From positions 387,588 through 451,587 of the forward strand of contig CAZFEL010000001.1 of NCBI GenBank assembly GCA_964517675.1: a DNA stretch of 64,000 nucleotides, read 5' to 3'. The notes below the pieces were generated by a model that worked only from the letters and a program-made list of their open reading frames with translations, did no database searches and was not told where the DNA came from. A program made the position numbers and the translations under genes. Of this stretch, positions 24,824-34,293 are shown in pieces; the first letter of the stretch is position 1, and every line of letters begins with the position of its first letter. Source of the DNA: an uncultured archaeon. Its GTDB lineage: Archaea > Nanohalarchaeota > Nanosalinia > Nanosalinales > Nanoanaerosalinaceae.

Positions 24824-25744
24824 ATGGTGTCGGTCTCTTTCCTCCATTCCATCACCTCGTCGTTCATCCTGTTCTTGGATTACTGGGTGATGGTGGTGAC
24901 CGTCCTGGTGCTTGCCTACCTGCTTGGCAGGTTCCCGGACTTCGAGAAGAAGGAGGTTGCGACGACGTATATCCTGTTCATGTCGCTTTTCGTGTTCTGG
25001 TCGTTACGGAACCTGGCGAACAGGATCTTCGAGGGAGCGGTTCCGTCCTACGTGGATGCGTTCTCCCTGATACTGGATCTGGCGGTCATGGCCTTTTCCG
25101 CACACCTGTTCCTCCGGTACTGGCATGAGAAAGATGTCAGGTCGATCCTGCAGCGGCTCGATCTCCATGCTGGCACGGAGGATGAACCTGAAAACGTCGA
25201 GGTGGAGGATGAGATCGAGTCAGAGTATGAGGACATCGAATCGGGGTATGCCTATCTCGTGCTGGAGGAGGGGACTGAATACGGCTTCAAGCTGTTCAGG
25301 AATGCTGTCACCGAGACGCCGGGGCTGTGTTTCTCCCGGAAGTACCCGGACAAGATCAGGCGCCGTCACGAGCTGGAGGAGACCCCTGTGTTCTGGTTCA
25401 CGGAGCGTGATGATGTCGAGGACCAGCGGACGGTCGAGCCGTTCCGCCTCAACTTCCTCGAAGAGACGATCCAGAGCTTCATCGCGAAGAACCGCGAGGA
25501 AGGCGACGGCGCGATCATCCTGATGGACGGGGTGGAGTACCTGCTGTTCAAGAATCCGTTCGAGAAGTTCATCAACTTCATCGAGGACCTGATCGATCAT
25601 ATCTCGGACAAGCCCGATGTGACCCTGCTTCTGACGATCGAGGAGGAGAGCCTGAGCGACAAGAAGCTTGCACTGCTCCGGGAGGAGTTTGATGAGGTCA
25701 GGACGGTCGATGAGGACGGCAGTGTTGAGATGCGACACTACTGA
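24824..25744 (+). CDS. membrane protein with a C-terminal DUF835 (KaiC/RecA-like, no P-loop) domain
   Basis: 3-4 N-terminal TM helices, then GYAYLVLEEGTEYGFKLF..PGLCFSRKYPDKIRR..PVFWFTE..IILMDGVEYLLFKNPFEKFINFIEDL, typical of DUF835. Confidence 0.8.
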   Translation: MVSVSFLHSITSSFILFLDYWVMVVTVLVLAYLLGRFPDFEKKEVATTYILFMSLFVFWSLRNLANRIFEGAVPSYVDAFSLILDLAVMAFSAHLFLRYWHEKDVRSILQRLDLHAGTEDEPENVEVEDEIESEYEDIESGYAYLVLEEGTEYGFKLFRNAVTETPGLCFSRKYPDKIRRRHELEETPVFWFTERDDVEDQRTVEPFRLNFLEETIQSFIAKNREEGDGAIILMDGVEYLLFKNPFEKFINFIEDLIDHISDKPDVTLLLTIEEESLSDKKLALLREEFDEVRTVDEDGSVEMRHY

Positions 25745-25808
25745 TCGCTGCACGAAGCTCCTGATGCCCGGCCTCAGTGGGTGGAAAAAGAGAAAGGAAG
25801 GGAGCCTT

Positions 25809-27122
25809 TTACAGCTCCAGGGTGCTCTGGTTCTCCGAGAGGAAGATGTCCTCGTTGAGGGTGTAGCCTTCCTCCCGTGCCAGGGTGACATAGGATGCCA
25901 GCATCTCGGTGGTCCCGTGGGCGGGCAGGATCTTGTTCGGCTGGAGCATCCTGAGCATGTCCCGGTTGTCCTCCCGCTTGGCGTGACCGGAGGTGTGGAT
26001 GTCCTTGTAGATCCGTGCACCGCCCTTCCGGATCATCTTCTCGGCCTTGTACCGGTTCGCCTGGTTGATCGGTGCGGGGATGACAGAGCACGAATAGATC
26101 ACGTGATCACCGTCCTGGATCTCGAGGGGGTAATCGCCCTTCGCGATCCTGGTCAGTGCGGCACGCGGTTCGCCCTGGTTGCCGGTCGCGACGATGAGCC
26201 ATTCTTCGCGCTCGTCTTTGATGCGGCGGAGGAGCTCTTCGGTCTCGTCACGGTAGCTGACGACCTCGACGTCATCGAGATCGATCAGGCCCAGCTCTGC
26301 GGCGGACTGTGTGTACTCCTTGAGAGACCGACCGAGGAACGCGACCTTCCGTCGCCCGTTGTTGGCCTCGAGGACGCTTGTCAGCCGCTCGATCTGTGAT
26401 GAGAACGTGGAGACAAAGACACACCCGCCCTCGTCGTAGGCCATATCAATGGTGTGCTCGAGCTCGGTCGCTACGGTCTCCTCCGAGCGTCCGCGTTCTT
26501 CCTCCTCGACACGGGTCGAGTCACCGATGAACAGCTCGACACCGTCATCACCGAGCTCTCGCAGCCGGTCGTAGTCCGGCGGGTCGCCGATGACGGGGTC
26601 GTCATCGAGCCTGTAGTCCAGGCTGTAGACGACAGAGCCATCCGGCGTGTGGAGCACGGTCAGGACCGTACCGGGGATGGAGTGGGTGATATCGACGAAC
26701 TCGATCGTGAGCTCGTCGTTGACCTCGTGGGTCTCACCGGGTTCTATCTCGATGAGCTCGTTATCGAGGTCTTTCCTGTCCGACTCGACCATCCGACGGA
26801 TGACACTCAGGGTGTACGGTGTCGCGATGATCGGGCAGTCGTACGCGTCCGCGATCTTCGGGACGGCCCCGACGTGGTCGAGGTGGCCGTGACTGATCAC
26901 GATCGCCTCGACGTTTTCCTTCTGGTCGTGGATCTGAGAGTCATCAGGGATGGCTCCGGCCTCGATCGTGGCCGTCGTGGTCATCTCCTCGACCTCATGA
27001 TCTCCTTCTACGACTGTTTCCATGTCATAACCCATATCTATGAGAACGATTGCATCGTTGTACTCGATACCGGTCATGTTCTTTCCTACTTCGTTATATC
27101 CTCCAACTGTATGGACTTTCAT
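25809..27122 (-). CDS. rnj: archaeal RNase J (metallo-beta-lactamase/beta-CASP)
   Basis: VISHGHLDHVGAVPK, beta-CASP region and HTSGHAKRED. MKVHTVGGYNEVGKN start at 27122. Confidence 0.9.
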   Translation of the reverse strand: MKVHTVGGYNEVGKNMTGIEYNDAIVLIDMGYDMETVVEGDHEVEEMTTTATIEAGAIPDDSQIHDQKENVEAIVISHGHLDHVGAVPKIADAYDCPIIATPYTLSVIRRMVESDRKDLDNELIEIEPGETHEVNDELTIEFVDITHSIPGTVLTVLHTPDGSVVYSLDYRLDDDPVIGDPPDYDRLRELGDDGVELFIGDSTRVEEEERGRSEETVATELEHTIDMAYDEGGCVFVSTFSSQIERLTSVLEANNGRRKVAFLGRSLKEYTQSAAELGLIDLDDVEVVSYRDETEELLRRIKDEREEWLIVATGNQGEPRAALTRIAKGDYPLEIQDGDHVIYSCSVIPAPINQANRYKAEKMIRKGGARIYKDIHTSGHAKREDNRDMLRMLQPNKILPAHGTTEMLASYVTLAREEGYTLNEDIFLSENQSTLEL

Positions 27123-27181
27123 GCTATCAATCACCTGTAGAATCTGAATCCTACTGTGTCTGTAACCGCATTGACCCTCCA

Positions 27182-27190
27182 CTTTTATAA
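27182..27190. promoter_or_regulatory. TATA-like box (ttttataaa) between rnj and the candidate RNA
   Basis: Palindromic AT box. It lies about 60 nt from the rnj ATG and about 10-25 nt from the first hairpins of the ORF-free region on the plus strand. Confidence 0.35.
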
Positions 27191-27197
27191 AGGGTCG

Positions 27198-27495
27198 CTC
27201 CCTCGTGATCGAGGGAACTGCCATGATCTCGTCCTGCCACACTAGCAGGGGCGAGAGACAGCATCATGTGGGTCCTGGACCTCTCAAGACTGTCCTTGCC
27301 CGTGAACAAGGTCGCTGGCATCGTTCCGGCCATACTCAGGGGGCCCTGAACCACCATCTGCTCTCTGTTGGGGCCACCACAGACGTTCCCGCGGGAGACA
27401 TATCGTTCCTGACACCGACAGCAGGGCACAGGGCCGGCACCAGGACATGTGTCGGGCTCCGTCGTCGGGAGGGGAACGAGATAAGCGCCAAGGCA
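27198..27495 (+). ncRNA. candidate structured RNA gene of about 300 nt (SRP/7S-RNA-sized); family unresolved
   Basis: 400-nt gap. The ORFs on both strands are non-acidic and C/R/P-rich. Perfect 7-bp hairpin tccctcg-tgat-cgaggga (27198-27215). 11-bp bulged hairpin at 27226-27255. Possible long-range pairing atctcgt (27225-27231) with acgagat (27475-27481). Confidence 0.3.
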
Positions 27496-27522
27496 CACCA
27501 TTGAGAAAGAGACCGTAGCCTG

Positions 27523-28464
27523 TCACTGCCGACGTGCTGTGTACAGTCCCGCGATCAGGGCGAGGACGATGAGGTACAGCGGGGTCAGGCCAGGAGCCTC
27601 GACCGTCTCGCCGTCACGGATGGCCTGGATGCGTACCGGGATCTCCCGGGAGGAGGAAAGCTGGGACGAGCTCGAGACTGCGGAGACGATCAGGTCCCCG
27701 CTGCAGTCGCTGGTTGTACAGGCCGCTCCGGTGAAGGTGGTCGAGATCGTCTTCGAACTGACACTGTCGATCTCGATTTCACAGCTTGTCTGGTCCTGGT
27801 TGCACGTGACACCGCTACTCTCAGTTATATCCCACTCGAGGAGGTTCTCCGTCACCGCTCGCCCGGAGAGGGTGAGGTTGACGGTGTCGTTGCGTTCCAT
27901 CTCGTTCTGGACGATGATGTTGACGGACCGCTGTTCATCCACCCCGAGCTGGAGGCTCTCGAGTGCTGGATCGAACTCGATACCGGGTGCGACATAGGTG
28001 ATACAGGCCCCGGAACGGCACAGGCCGCTGGTGCACTCGTAGTTATTCTCACAACTGCAGCCGCCTGGCTTGAGGGAGGTGAACCGGTCACCATCGCTGT
28101 AGCATGTGTATTCGCCGCTGAAGGCCGAGTAGCAGCCCTCTGCCTGCAGGTCGACGGGTTCACATTGCTGTGTCTCGTTGGGTTCGACCCGCTCGCCGTT
28201 ATCGCATGCCCATTGACCGTCGTTACAGAGCCATTCATCATCTGCGTCATCGCATGCCCTGTCTTCGGTCCGTTCATCGCACCAGTTCTTTTCGCCGGCA
28301 CAGTCAATGTCCGCGTCCGGGTCCACGCCTTCGTAGCAAAACCCGTCCTGGACCGATCCTGAGGCAGGATCGGTGCTCCAGGTGTATTCATTGGGGGTAG
28401 CACCGGCACCAAGCGGGAGAAAGAGCACAAAGATTACCGCAAGCAGGATGATGCTTTTTCTCAT
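27523..28464 (-). CDS. secreted cysteine-rich protein with a C-terminal TM anchor
   Basis: Signal MRKSIILLAVIFVLFLPLGAGA, 20+ Cys in the N-terminal half (CSCENNYECTSGLCRSGAC), an Ig-like C-terminal half and the anchor LYLIVLALIAGLYTARRQ. Confidence 0.75.
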   Translation of the reverse strand: MRKSIILLAVIFVLFLPLGAGATPNEYTWSTDPASGSVQDGFCYEGVDPDADIDCAGEKNWCDERTEDRACDDADDEWLCNDGQWACDNGERVEPNETQQCEPVDLQAEGCYSAFSGEYTCYSDGDRFTSLKPGGCSCENNYECTSGLCRSGACITYVAPGIEFDPALESLQLGVDEQRSVNIIVQNEMERNDTVNLTLSGRAVTENLLEWDITESSGVTCNQDQTSCEIEIDSVSSKTISTTFTGAACTTSDCSGDLIVSAVSSSSQLSSSREIPVRIQAIRDGETVEAPGLTPLYLIVLALIAGLYTARRQ

Positions 28465-28474
28465 GGTCTCGACC

Positions 28475-29791
28475 TCACTGGATGCCCTTGCAGTAGTACT
28501 TGGTGCCGTTGATGGTGACTGATCGCTCGACACCTGTCGGACTGGTACAATCGACCTCTTCGCCGTTCTCGTACAGTGACTTTCCGGCGAGGAATGTGTC
28601 CTCCGTCAGCGGGAGGTTACACTGTCCGCCGGCGAGTCCGTCTTCTTCGGCGACGATGTCGTCCTGGACCCAGCCACCCTGGCCCTGTGCACTGGCGAAG
28701 GCCTCACAGACGTTCCGCTGGGTGTCGGTGTCCTTGACGGACAGCCAATCACTGCCATCGGAGACGTACTGGATGGTCTCGCTGTCTACGTCCAGTTCGA
28801 TGATCTGGCCTTCGTAGTCGGCCGCGCTCTTCCGCTCGCCGCCATCACAGGCGATATTGTCCGCCTCGGAGATCCATTCGCCGTCATAGTCCGGACAGGC
28901 ACGCTTGAACGTCCGGTCGAAGCCTGTTTTTACACTGCCGCCGTTGTGCTGGTTGTTAGGGTTAGTGCCACACGTGCTTGCCTTACCGATACTGCCATCT
29001 CCTCCGCCCTGATTGTCGACGACCTTGTAGAAGTTGTACAGGCTCTGTGCCTGGGCGTAGGCTGAGAAGATGTAGCATGGATGGCCTCCGCCGGAATCCA
29101 TGTTCCAGTCGTCCGCCGAGAGCCGGAAGCCAGGCATGTTGGCGTTGGTGACGTAGGAGTCGTTGTTGACTGTATAGTCGACGCTGACACAGTTCCCCCA
29201 GAAATCGCTGGTCTGGCGGGTATCACGGAGCATCTGTTCGTCCGCTTCGTCGATCGGCAGTTCGTCCAGTCCCAGTCTGTCTTCTGCCTCGTTTATCGTA
29301 TCGTTGATGACCTTGTCGTAATCGTCCTCCGCGAAGTTCTCATACCAGACGTCGGATCCGTGGACCGAGCTCGTGTAGATACCGAGGACCACTCTGACCT
29401 CGGAGGTGTTGAACTCGGGGATGACAATCGGGACCTCGTATGATGTGTAGCTGTCCCAGTTACCCTGTTTCATCTGGACGTCGGTCTTCTGACCGAGGAA
29501 CTCGCCCTGGCTGTCGTAGAACTTGATCACGTGACGAGAGTGGTCGGTGGCGTCGTCACAGGCGGGGAGGTTGTAGTCGAACTTCAGTGTCACGTCTTCC
29601 CGCGGACTCATGTACCGCTCTGTGTTGCCGTTGTTGCTGGAGTCGTCCGAGTAGGTGATACCGCTGACATCGATTTCGTTATACGTGAAGGTTGGGCAGG
29701 TGAGGCTGCCGGAATCGACGGGATATGCTGCCCCCAGACCGAGGGTTGCCGTTATGGTGATTGTGAGTACGAGTAGCTTTGTGATGTTCAT
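28475..29791 (-). CDS. secreted hypothetical protein
   Basis: Signal MNITKLLVLTITITATLGLGAA. The ATG overlaps the upstream stop (ATGA at 29788-29791). Acidic with scattered Cys pairs. Confidence 0.75.
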   Translation of the reverse strand: MNITKLLVLTITITATLGLGAAYPVDSGSLTCPTFTYNEIDVSGITYSDDSSNNGNTERYMSPREDVTLKFDYNLPACDDATDHSRHVIKFYDSQGEFLGQKTDVQMKQGNWDSYTSYEVPIVIPEFNTSEVRVVLGIYTSSVHGSDVWYENFAEDDYDKVINDTINEAEDRLGLDELPIDEADEQMLRDTRQTSDFWGNCVSVDYTVNNDSYVTNANMPGFRLSADDWNMDSGGGHPCYIFSAYAQAQSLYNFYKVVDNQGGGDGSIGKASTCGTNPNNQHNGGSVKTGFDRTFKRACPDYDGEWISEADNIACDGGERKSAADYEGQIIELDVDSETIQYVSDGSDWLSVKDTDTQRNVCEAFASAQGQGGWVQDDIVAEEDGLAGGQCNLPLTEDTFLAGKSLYENGEEVDCTSPTGVERSVTINGTKYYCKGIQ

Positions 29792-30981
29792 TGCTTCCAC
29801 CTCCAGACCAGCAGTCCTGCTGCGATCAGGATGATGACGACGCCGAGGACTGTTCGCACCGGGAAGCCGCTGTCGGGGACCTCTCCGCCGCTGTAGCTTG
29901 CGGTGTACCTATCATACACGTTACCATCTTTGCTCAGGACCATCGTTACGTTCGGGTTGGCGAACGACCGCGATGCTTCCTCCTGGAACCGGAGTTCTGT
30001 TATCTGACCGCCGATATCGACTGTCTTACGGCCCTGGACTAGGATGCCATTCTTATCCTCGATGGTGTAGTTGAACGTGGTGCCCGGGATGGTCCCGCTG
30101 TAATCCGCCGGACCGACCAGGTCTGCTCTGATGTTTATCGTTTCGCCTCTCCTGTATGTGTTGTTATCGATGCCGGCACGCAGGATTCGTCCACTGTTGC
30201 CGCGGACCACGAGCCGACCTTTCTTCTCCCCGAGTAAGGTACCTTCGCTGTCGTAGGCCTGGAAGACCGGGGTGTATGTTGTGGGTTGATCGGGGGGCAT
30301 GAACTCGAACACGACCGTTTCCGTCTCGCCTGCAGGGACCGTGAGCTGCTCATACTGCTTGAACGCGCTGCGGGTTCTGTCGAACGTGTACTGCATGTCC
30401 ATCGTCATGTTGAGTGTGAGATCGACGTTCCCGAGGTTGGATACGTTCATCGTCGCGTCGGCGGACTTGTTCGATGAGACACGAAATCCTTCGAGAGAGA
30501 CTCCGATCCCATCACCCTGATGGAAGTAGAGTTCATCGATCGTTGCAGCCCTGACCTCCTGTCCTGTGTCTGTCACGTTGAAGCGTTCGGTGTTGAACAC
30601 CCTGAGATCCTCGTTCGCGTTCAGAATCCTGAAGTAGATCTTGTAGCTGCCAGGCGGTGCGTTCTCGGGGACGGTCCAGGAATAGTTGACGTACCGGTTC
30701 TCGTCTGTGTTCATCTCGAGCGGGAGGAACACCCGGTGCCTGATCGTTTCGCGTGTGGCCTGTTCCGGGTTGTAGATAGGGCTGTAGGCGACCGCGAGCT
30801 CGACCTGGTGATCGGCGATCGGCTCGCCGTCATCGTTGATGACGAACCCGGAGATATCTACCTTCTGTTCCGGCTGGTACTCGTTCTGGCCCGTCTCCAG
30901 CGTGTGGATGCGAAGGGCAGAGCCCGTTGCGGCCAGGAGCACAAGCGCCAGTGTCAGGTAGATGACCTTCTTTGGATACAT
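29788..30981 (-). CDS. secreted Ig-like-repeat protein with a C-terminal TM anchor
   Basis: Signal MYPKKVIYLTLALVLLAATGSA, beta-rich body and anchor VLGVVIILIAAGLLVWRWKQ. Its own ctttaaacc box lies about 28 nt upstream. Confidence 0.75.
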   Translation of the reverse strand: MYPKKVIYLTLALVLLAATGSALRIHTLETGQNEYQPEQKVDISGFVINDDGEPIADHQVELAVAYSPIYNPEQATRETIRHRVFLPLEMNTDENRYVNYSWTVPENAPPGSYKIYFRILNANEDLRVFNTERFNVTDTGQEVRAATIDELYFHQGDGIGVSLEGFRVSSNKSADATMNVSNLGNVDLTLNMTMDMQYTFDRTRSAFKQYEQLTVPAGETETVVFEFMPPDQPTTYTPVFQAYDSEGTLLGEKKGRLVVRGNSGRILRAGIDNNTYRRGETINIRADLVGPADYSGTIPGTTFNYTIEDKNGILVQGRKTVDIGGQITELRFQEEASRSFANPNVTMVLSKDGNVYDRYTASYSGGEVPDSGFPVRTVLGVVIILIAAGLLVWRWKQ

Positions 30982-31041
30982 CTGACCTCAGATTGGGAAG
31001 ACCGGTTTAAAGGTTTACCGGTCCACCCTTGGTGTCCTCGG

Positions 31042-33453
31042 TCAGGATGGGCAGGCTTCGAAGCTGAAGACCTGGTTGCTGGTCGTCCCGATGTAGACAG
31101 CATCACCGACGACCGTGGGTTTCGTGCGGATGCTTCCTGTCCCTGTGTTGTATTCACAGGTCTTCTCGCCTGTCGCGAGATCGAGGCCGTAGAACATCCC
31201 GGAGGGACTGCCTATATAGACGGTCGCGTTCGCGATTGCCGGGTGGGCGTTGATCGAGCCCGTGCTGGATGTCTGGTACTCCCATGCCTTCGTCCCGTTG
31301 GTCGCCCAGACAGAGTAGATTGTCCCGCCACCGCCACCGACCACGATCATGCCGTTGCTCTTGGTGGGGGAGGACTTGACACCGCCACCGGTGTCGAACG
31401 TCCAGTCGATCGAGCCGGTGCTCCGGTCGAGTGCGTACAGGTTGCCGTCGAGTGCCCCGATGTAGACCCGCGAACTGTCGACGTAGGGCTTGGACTGCTC
31501 GATGGAGTCACCGAGGCCCTGGGACCACTGCTGGGAGCCGTCCCCGGTCGAGCGGGCATAGACCGTTCCGCTCCACTCTGGGATGTAGACGGTGCTACCG
31601 GCGACAGTCGGTGCGGCCCGGAGCTCGCCTCCTCCCGTGTTCCACTGGACGCTGCCGTCTGTGGCTCCGTATGCATACATCGAACCGTCGTCCGACCCCA
31701 TGAAGACGGTCCCGTCCTTGTAGGCGGCTCCTGACCTGACGGAGTACCCGGTCTTGTAGGTCCAGTCGACCGACTGGTCGCTGATGCTGAACCCGACAGC
31801 CTGGTTGCCCTCGTTCTCCCCGTAGAACAGTCGACCGTTTGCAAGGATCGGGGACATGGTGTCCTCGACGTTGTGACCGGTACTGGTCTCCCAGAGGAGG
31901 TCTCCGCTGCCGGCATCGAGTGCAGTCACGGTCCCGGCCGCCATCGTGTACAGCGTCCCGCTGCTGTGGGGCAGGTTGAGCGGGTCACCGCCGAGGCTCT
32001 GCTCCCAGTTGAGTTCGAAGGTCTGGTAGTCCGCGACATCGACGGTCGTTGCGGCGTCGTTGTTCGTGGTATCGTTGTCGTCAAGGCTGATGCTGGCCTT
32101 GAGATCGTGGGAGCCGGAGCTGACGACGTGGTACGTCTCGGCCGATGTCGAGACACCGGAGGAGATCGAGACGGTCTCCGATCCGACACTGCTGCCGTCC
32201 CACGTGAAGGTGACGGTCACGTCACCGCTGTACCCGTCGCTGCTCAGGTCGGCCACGAGGGTCGTGTTCTCCTGGTCGTGCGGATCGGATGGATCGGTCG
32301 AGACGCCTGTGACCGCGACGTCCCCGCTCCCGCTCTGTGTGACATCGACGGTCTCGTCGTTGTCGGTCTCATCGGTCTCGTTGTACTCGTCTGACGGGTC
32401 GATGGAGCCGACGAACCCGTCCTCGCCGTCGTACGGGTAGTTGAACGAGAGGATACGGGTTCCGTTGATGTTGATCCTATCTGAACGGACGGTGTTGCCC
32501 TGTTTGTCGAGGACGGCGACCTCGACGTCCGGGACTGCATCGTCGGATTCGACCTCGAGCCCGAAGTTGATCTCCTCACCCATCTCTGGATCGGTCGGGG
32601 TCACATCGAAGACGTTGACCCAGAGGTTAAAGGAGGGACCATCGCCTGTTGTGGTATCGTTGCTGTCCTCGGTTCCGTTCGTGCCGCCTGTCCCGTCGTC
32701 TGTCGTGGTATTGTTCGTCCCGTCACCGGAGCCATCGTCAGATGGGATGGTGACTAGGTCTTCGTTGTTGGCGGGGTCGCTGTCCTGTGTCTGGAGGATC
32801 GAGAAGGTGACATTGCCGGTGGCTGTCGTTTCGATGGAGTATGCGTTATCACCCGGTGCGATATCGACGGTCTTGGAGCCATCAGGGTACTCGATCGTCG
32901 CCTGGACGGACTCCTCGAAGGTCGAAGCGACGGAGAGATAGACCAAGGTGCCCGAACCTGTCGGGGCGTTACCGGTGATGCTGAGCCCGAGGTCACCGCC
33001 CCCATCCGTGCTCCTGTTCTCCTCGTCGCCGTTGCTTGTATCGATCGGCTCGCTGCCCGCGTCGTCGATGTTCTCATCCTCGGCCTGTTGCTGACCGAGC
33101 TCGGTGGAGCAGTGGATGCTGTATTCCTCGGTGGTCATCCAGACGTCCATGACGGTCTGATCGCCGAAGATCGAGACCCTGTAGTAGTCGGTGCCGGACT
33201 CCAGCTGATCGTAGCACTGGAAGCCCTGTCCTATCTCTTCGATCGCGCTCCATCGCCAGTAGTTGAACGTGGCCCGGGGCTCGTCCTGGGCCTGGATGTA
33301 CTCATAGATGTCACGCTGGTCCTCGGCCATGTCGATGACCTCGGCGACGGTCAGGTTGTCCCCATCCTCACCGGTCTCAGGAGTCCCGTCATCGCTCATA
33401 CAGCCTGCCATGAGGACGCCGAGGATGAGAACGAGGACAAGGGTCTTTCTCAT
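31042..33453 (-). CDS. lipoprotein-type surface protein: CARDB-like domains plus a C-terminal PQQ-like beta-propeller
   Basis: Lipobox-like LMAGCMS, T/D/G/N-rich linkers and six or more repeats of the G.(V/L)Y(A/G)(L/V)D..(T/S)G...W type. Confidence 0.85.
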   Translation of the reverse strand: MRKTLVLVLILGVLMAGCMSDDGTPETGEDGDNLTVAEVIDMAEDQRDIYEYIQAQDEPRATFNYWRWSAIEEIGQGFQCYDQLESGTDYYRVSIFGDQTVMDVWMTTEEYSIHCSTELGQQQAEDENIDDAGSEPIDTSNGDEENRSTDGGGDLGLSITGNAPTGSGTLVYLSVASTFEESVQATIEYPDGSKTVDIAPGDNAYSIETTATGNVTFSILQTQDSDPANNEDLVTIPSDDGSGDGTNNTTTDDGTGGTNGTEDSNDTTTGDGPSFNLWVNVFDVTPTDPEMGEEINFGLEVESDDAVPDVEVAVLDKQGNTVRSDRININGTRILSFNYPYDGEDGFVGSIDPSDEYNETDETDNDETVDVTQSGSGDVAVTGVSTDPSDPHDQENTTLVADLSSDGYSGDVTVTFTWDGSSVGSETVSISSGVSTSAETYHVVSSGSHDLKASISLDDNDTTNNDAATTVDVADYQTFELNWEQSLGGDPLNLPHSSGTLYTMAAGTVTALDAGSGDLLWETSTGHNVEDTMSPILANGRLFYGENEGNQAVGFSISDQSVDWTYKTGYSVRSGAAYKDGTVFMGSDDGSMYAYGATDGSVQWNTGGGELRAAPTVAGSTVYIPEWSGTVYARSTGDGSQQWSQGLGDSIEQSKPYVDSSRVYIGALDGNLYALDRSTGSIDWTFDTGGGVKSSPTKSNGMIVVGGGGGTIYSVWATNGTKAWEYQTSSTGSINAHPAIANATVYIGSPSGMFYGLDLATGEKTCEYNTGTGSIRTKPTVVGDAVYIGTTSNQVFSFEACPS

Positions 33454-34259
33454 GTATAACAGATGCCTCCGTATCCGGTCACTGTTCTATTGTCGCTGCC
33501 GGATTTAAAGCTTGTAGTGTGCCCGAGGACGTGGCAGACGTCCCTGGTGCCGGTGACCTCCATGCCGACGAGCAGGGTGCCGCGACCACAGACGTGATAC
33601 TGTTCTGCCTGCTCATCGATCGCTTCAAGATCGTAGTCCTTGAGACTGTTGATGAGCTCGCTGTCCCGCTTTTTCACCTCGCGACGTGGGTCTGTGGTAT
33701 CGGGGTAGTATCGGCCGGCACCGTAGTGGACGAGGTCCGTCCCGACGATGAGGAGGTCGGAGGGATTGAGTGCGGACCGGACGGCGTCGACTGTCTCCCG
33801 GTGCCGTTCAGCGTCGAGATCGTTGTCGATCAGGAGCGGGGCGATGGTGACGTCCTCCCAGCATGCCTGGAGAAAGAGGACCTGCATCTCGATAGATGTC
33901 TCGTGGCTGTGGGCCTGCTCGGATCGCTCGAAGACGCCCCTGGTGGTGAGCTGGTCGATGAAGGTCCGGTCGACCTCGACCGTGCCCAGCGGTGTCTTCC
34001 AGGTGTCCGTCGAGACAGCCCGCCTTGGTCCGATGTCACGGTGCTTGGCCCCGAGGATGACGGCGTTGCGGTACTGGGAGAAGTCAATCGCGTCATAGAC
34101 AGCTGCGGCGACGCTTCCGGAGTTTTGCAGGCTTCCATGGGGTGCTACGACAAGATCGGGGCTGAGATCGCGGTCGGGCGCCTCTGCCAGAAGCTGGCTG
34201 AGCCGGCGCCTGAGTCGGGGTTCGCTATGGGGATAGTAGCCGGCGGTGGGGCGACGCAT
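33450..34259 (-). CDS. MEMO1-family protein (AmmeMemoRadiSam system protein B)
   Basis: VVAPHGSLQNSGSVAAAVY, HETSIEMQVLFLQ and GTDLVHYG. MRRPTAGYYP start at 34259. Its stop overlaps the ATG of the next gene. Confidence 0.85.
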   Translation of the reverse strand: MRRPTAGYYPHSEPRLRRRLSQLLAEAPDRDLSPDLVVAPHGSLQNSGSVAAAVYDAIDFSQYRNAVILGAKHRDIGPRRAVSTDTWKTPLGTVEVDRTFIDQLTTRGVFERSEQAHSHETSIEMQVLFLQACWEDVTIAPLLIDNDLDAERHRETVDAVRSALNPSDLLIVGTDLVHYGAGRYYPDTTDPRREVKKRDSELINSLKDYDLEAIDEQAEQYHVCGRGTLLVGMEVTGTRDVCHVLGHTTSFKSGSDNRTVTGYGGICYT

Positions 34260-34293
34260 GGAGGACTCTTTGGGGACGATCAGGGAAAAACCC

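Noticed and set aside
27151-27504. The 116-aa (minus strand) and 99-aa (plus strand) ORFs in the rnj-proximal gap, considered as real proteins.
   Set aside because: Composition is Cys/Arg/Pro/His-rich and not acidic. The two ORFs overlap each other on opposite strands, and the DNA is packed with hairpins. An RNA gene is more likely.
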